NCBI GenBank assembly: GCA_030324005.1
Contig: JARDVH010000106.1
Coordinates: forward strand, 45,635,575-45,699,574
DNA from: Negaprion brevirostris
Lineage: Eukaryota
DNA length: 64,000 nucleotides
Direction of reading: 5' to 3'
Within the stretch, counting starts at the first letter, position 1. Every line of letters begins with the position of its first letter. Under the pieces are notes generated by a model. It was not told where the DNA came from. It did not search any database and saw nothing but the letters and a program-made list of their open reading frames with translations. Position numbers and translations under genes: made by a program. Positions 60,976-64,000 of this stretch are shown piece after piece.

Positions 60976-62281
60976 TCCACTGTCTGCTGCAGATGTGCAA
61001 ATGGGAGGAAAGAGTCTAAAATTTTATTTTAATTGTTAAACCAAAATGAAGGGCGCAGGCCCATGGTGGAACAACAAGATCATTGTTCTAATCAGAAAGC
61101 TGAGATCCTAAACAGCAATGTGGATTTAATACTACAATAATTGATGATTGGAAACAATATTACAGTCTTAGACTTGAAGGGTTAAAAAAGAAAGCAAGCA
61201 CTCTGGGGAAAAGAGAGAAACAGCATCACCTCACACACTACTGTATTATCTCAAAAGCCTTGGCCAGATCAGATTAACAGAACCCTCAGGACAAGACAAG
61301 ATATTCTTCATGTTGCTTTATGAAAAATAATAGGGTGGTTCTTAACACAAACACCAGTTCATTGATGCTGTTTTGCACTACAGCCAAGATGAATTGCACC
61401 TTATTTCAGCAACTTAAAAAGAACAGCAATGTGTGAAATTCAAATTGACCTCCAGTTCAACAATTTCAGAAAGAAGAAACAACTTTGAATTATCAGAAAT
61501 AGGCTGTCATTCTGAGCTAGCTGGTAAACCTTGTGATTTATGTAACAACAGAGCTAAAATTTAAATTACATAAAATCCATTGGCATACATGTAAGAAAGT
61601 GAACCATGAGCTACATATGAAGTTTAAACATGCTTATACATCAAGTTATCATAAGCCCAGATTTTTGGGATATTTCCTGGATCTACAGTCTTGAATTACT
61701 AAATTAATCTTTAAAATGTGGAAACAGCCTTTGTTAGATGGTAATCATAGCCAAAGACCATAAAGTCTAGAACTTGAACTGCTATTGCATTCAATATCCC
61801 TTAAAAAAAAAGATTTTTCTCCATCATATTGGCATCCAAAATGTTTCCCAAGAGACACATGATATTATCCCTGCCTAGGCATTGACAGCAAAATTCTAGG
61901 CTTCACTTAAAAGAATTTAGCAGCACGTATGCCATGATCAATACTTCATTCTTCCAAGAGCTACATATTGGCATGTCGAGAGTTCAGCCAACACATCAAA
62001 TATAATTTGTGCTCAACATAAGTAAGCGAATTCCTAATTTATCATTAAAGAATTAAACTTGAAAGACGGTACAATAGTCAAGCACGAAGAAATATATTTG
62101 TTATTCCAATACAGCACATCAAAAGGTTCAACTTTCATGCAAGTTCAGGCAACACTTTGGTTACCAATAAAAAGGCAAAATATCTCCCAAGATGACTCAC
62201 AATAACCAATGACATTCATTTACCACTTCGTTCCAACTAAGCAGTAAATGAATGTAGGAACTAATTTTGTCAGCATTTAAG

Positions 62282-62410
62282 CACTGGATTTTTCGGCCAC
62301 ACTCATCGCAACACCGCAAAATCCTGCCCAAGTTCAATGGGCCAAGGTGAATGGTTTTTGTCCCGCCTGCTATGATTCATGTGGGAGTGGGAAGGAAACA
62401 TTGCACCCCC
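62282..62410. mobile_element. Possible decayed small hairpin MITE
   Basis: GC-rich ~130-bp island with weak inverted ends (CCACACTC / GGGAGTGGG); size similar to the 22093 element. Confidence 0.3.
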
Positions 62411-63079
62411 AGTCTTAAAAAATGGGTAAATGAATTTGAGAAAAATAGTCTCAAGAGTACTTTAAAGTTTGTGACAGGTCAATTGCAGAATACAGCAAAT
62501 GCATTTAGATTATACAAGTAATTATTTGGACAAGCAATTAGACATCAGGTTTAGTGGCTAAACAAATTTAGTTGGCATGTGTTGAATTAGATTTAGAGCT
62601 AGTTTCCCAATACTCCAGAAAATGTTTTGGTACATGGCTTGCTGACAGTCCATTGGAGTTTCCTCATCAGTTTCAGGCCAGTCAGTTAAACAAATTTACC
62701 AGTTATGACTCAATTCATTTATTTTAAATATTTAATCAGCATGTAGAGACAGGCACTGCATATATTTACTTAGTAGTTCTATTAGCAGCATAGGTCATAA
62801 TAAGCATTGTAAAGCACACAGAGGTCATGACAAACGTAACTATGAAGTAAGTAAAAAATGTATGTTACAGCTAAAAAAATTCTAAAGATGTATTGATAAT
62901 AGATTCACTTTATGTGGGGTAGACTGGTTTAACTACTAACTGGAGTTTCTTAATAAAGCAGATCGGTGGAAAGTCAAGGAATATGAAAGCGCCAGGTTTG
63001 GAAGTGACAAACTAACGCCTCCCTCAAAGGTTGTACTCCCTTGCAGGGTAGCTGGGATCAAATGTGGTTTATAATGGAA

Positions 63080-63420
63080 TGTAAATCGGAATAGTAAGGG
63101 GAAGACGACACTGGTGGGTGTGGTCTATAGGCCCCAAATAATAACTTAGAGGTGGGGCGGGCTATAAACAAGCAAATAAATGATGCGTGCAGAAATGGAA
63201 CAGCGATAATTATGGGGGATTTTAATCTGCATATTGNNNNNNNNNNNNNNNNNNNNNNNNNNNNNNNNNNNNNNNNNNNNNNNNNNNNNNNNNNNNNNNN
63301 NNNNNNNNNNNNNNNNNNNNNNNNNNNNNNNNNNNNCACTTCAGATCAGCCATGATCTTATTGAATGGCAGGGCAGGCTCGAAGGGCTAGATGGCCTACT
63401 CCTGCTCCTATTTATGTTTT
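63080..63420 (+). mobile_element. CR1 LINE with body collapsed into a 100-N gap
   Basis: Endonuclease TLVGVVYRP and AIIMGDFNLHI before the gap; tail GATCAGCCATGATCTTATTGAATGGC...GGCCTACTCCTGCTCCTATTTATG after it. Confidence 0.85.
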
Positions 63421-64000
63421 TATTAACATACCTCTTGTTGTTAAGCAAACCTTCAATAAAAAAAACAGAAAATGCTAGACATGGGGAAATGACAGACTGA
63501 TCATGTTCAGAAAAACTGTGGATCTACATATTACGAGGTCAGACTATTACTGTCTACTGTTAGTAAAATCAGAAATTTCTTAGAGTTGGAGGTTTTTGTT
63601 AACTTCTGAGGATAAAAATTAAAAATGATTTGAAAGTTGCATCGACAGTTTGCATGTCCAACAATACAAAAACTGAAAGCTTTCCTGAGAGATGGAGCGC
63701 TTGGTAAAGAACATGATGACCTTGTTAGGTAACCCATGGCTCAACCTGAAATTTTCATAAAACATCAAAAGGCACAACCACGTCTTATTGTAAAGCTTGC
63801 CACCAGCCAAAGAATTTACCAAAGCAGTGGTAATGCACTGGAAAGTGTGGAATAATGATAGGGGATTTGTTTTACAACACGTAGATATGACAACCAGACA
63901 TAGCACATCGACTGTGATACACAATAAGGACAAATGGACCTTTCTCAATAAGCGCAGAGAAATGGCTGGGAACAGGATTAGGAGCACCAAGAAAATTCCT

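Noticed and set aside
63619-64000. 123-aa minus ORF and an open plus frame running off the window end
   Set aside because: No motif recognised and no convincing splice signals; cannot be judged without downstream sequence.

Overview
Eukaryotic (vertebrate) DNA, AT-rich and repeat-dense, with many 10-N and 100-N scaffold gaps. The repeat complement (HE1/V-SINE-type and Deu-domain SINEs, CR1, L2, Rex1/Babar, RTE, Penelope) points to a cartilaginous fish, most likely a shark; this is inferred from repeat families, not from a database hit. I found no host protein-coding gene, rRNA, tRNA or CRISPR. The window reads as intergenic DNA or a very large intron, and almost every recognisable ORF is a decayed transposon fragment. 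Main content: (1) an ancient, structurally complete Gypsy LTR retrotransposon of Mag-like type (12898-17063) with both LTRs, a tRNA-Ser PBS, PPT and a probable 5-bp TSD; (2) many Penelope-like pieces whose pseudo-LTRs carry minimal hammerhead ribozyme motifs (two with an intact catalytic core, at 4319-4353 on - and 56321-56355 on +), several arranged as short self-complementary foldback elements; (3) three SINE families, each sharing a 3' tail with a LINE in the same window, plus a fourth, orphan SINE tail; (4) a Tigger/pogo-like MITE and small hairpin MITEs; (5) haplotype-duplicated flanks around 100-N gaps (assembly artefact). Element boundaries are by eye and approximate unless a motif is quoted. 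I see no support for a wholly new biological system; the ribozyme/foldback observations are the best leads.
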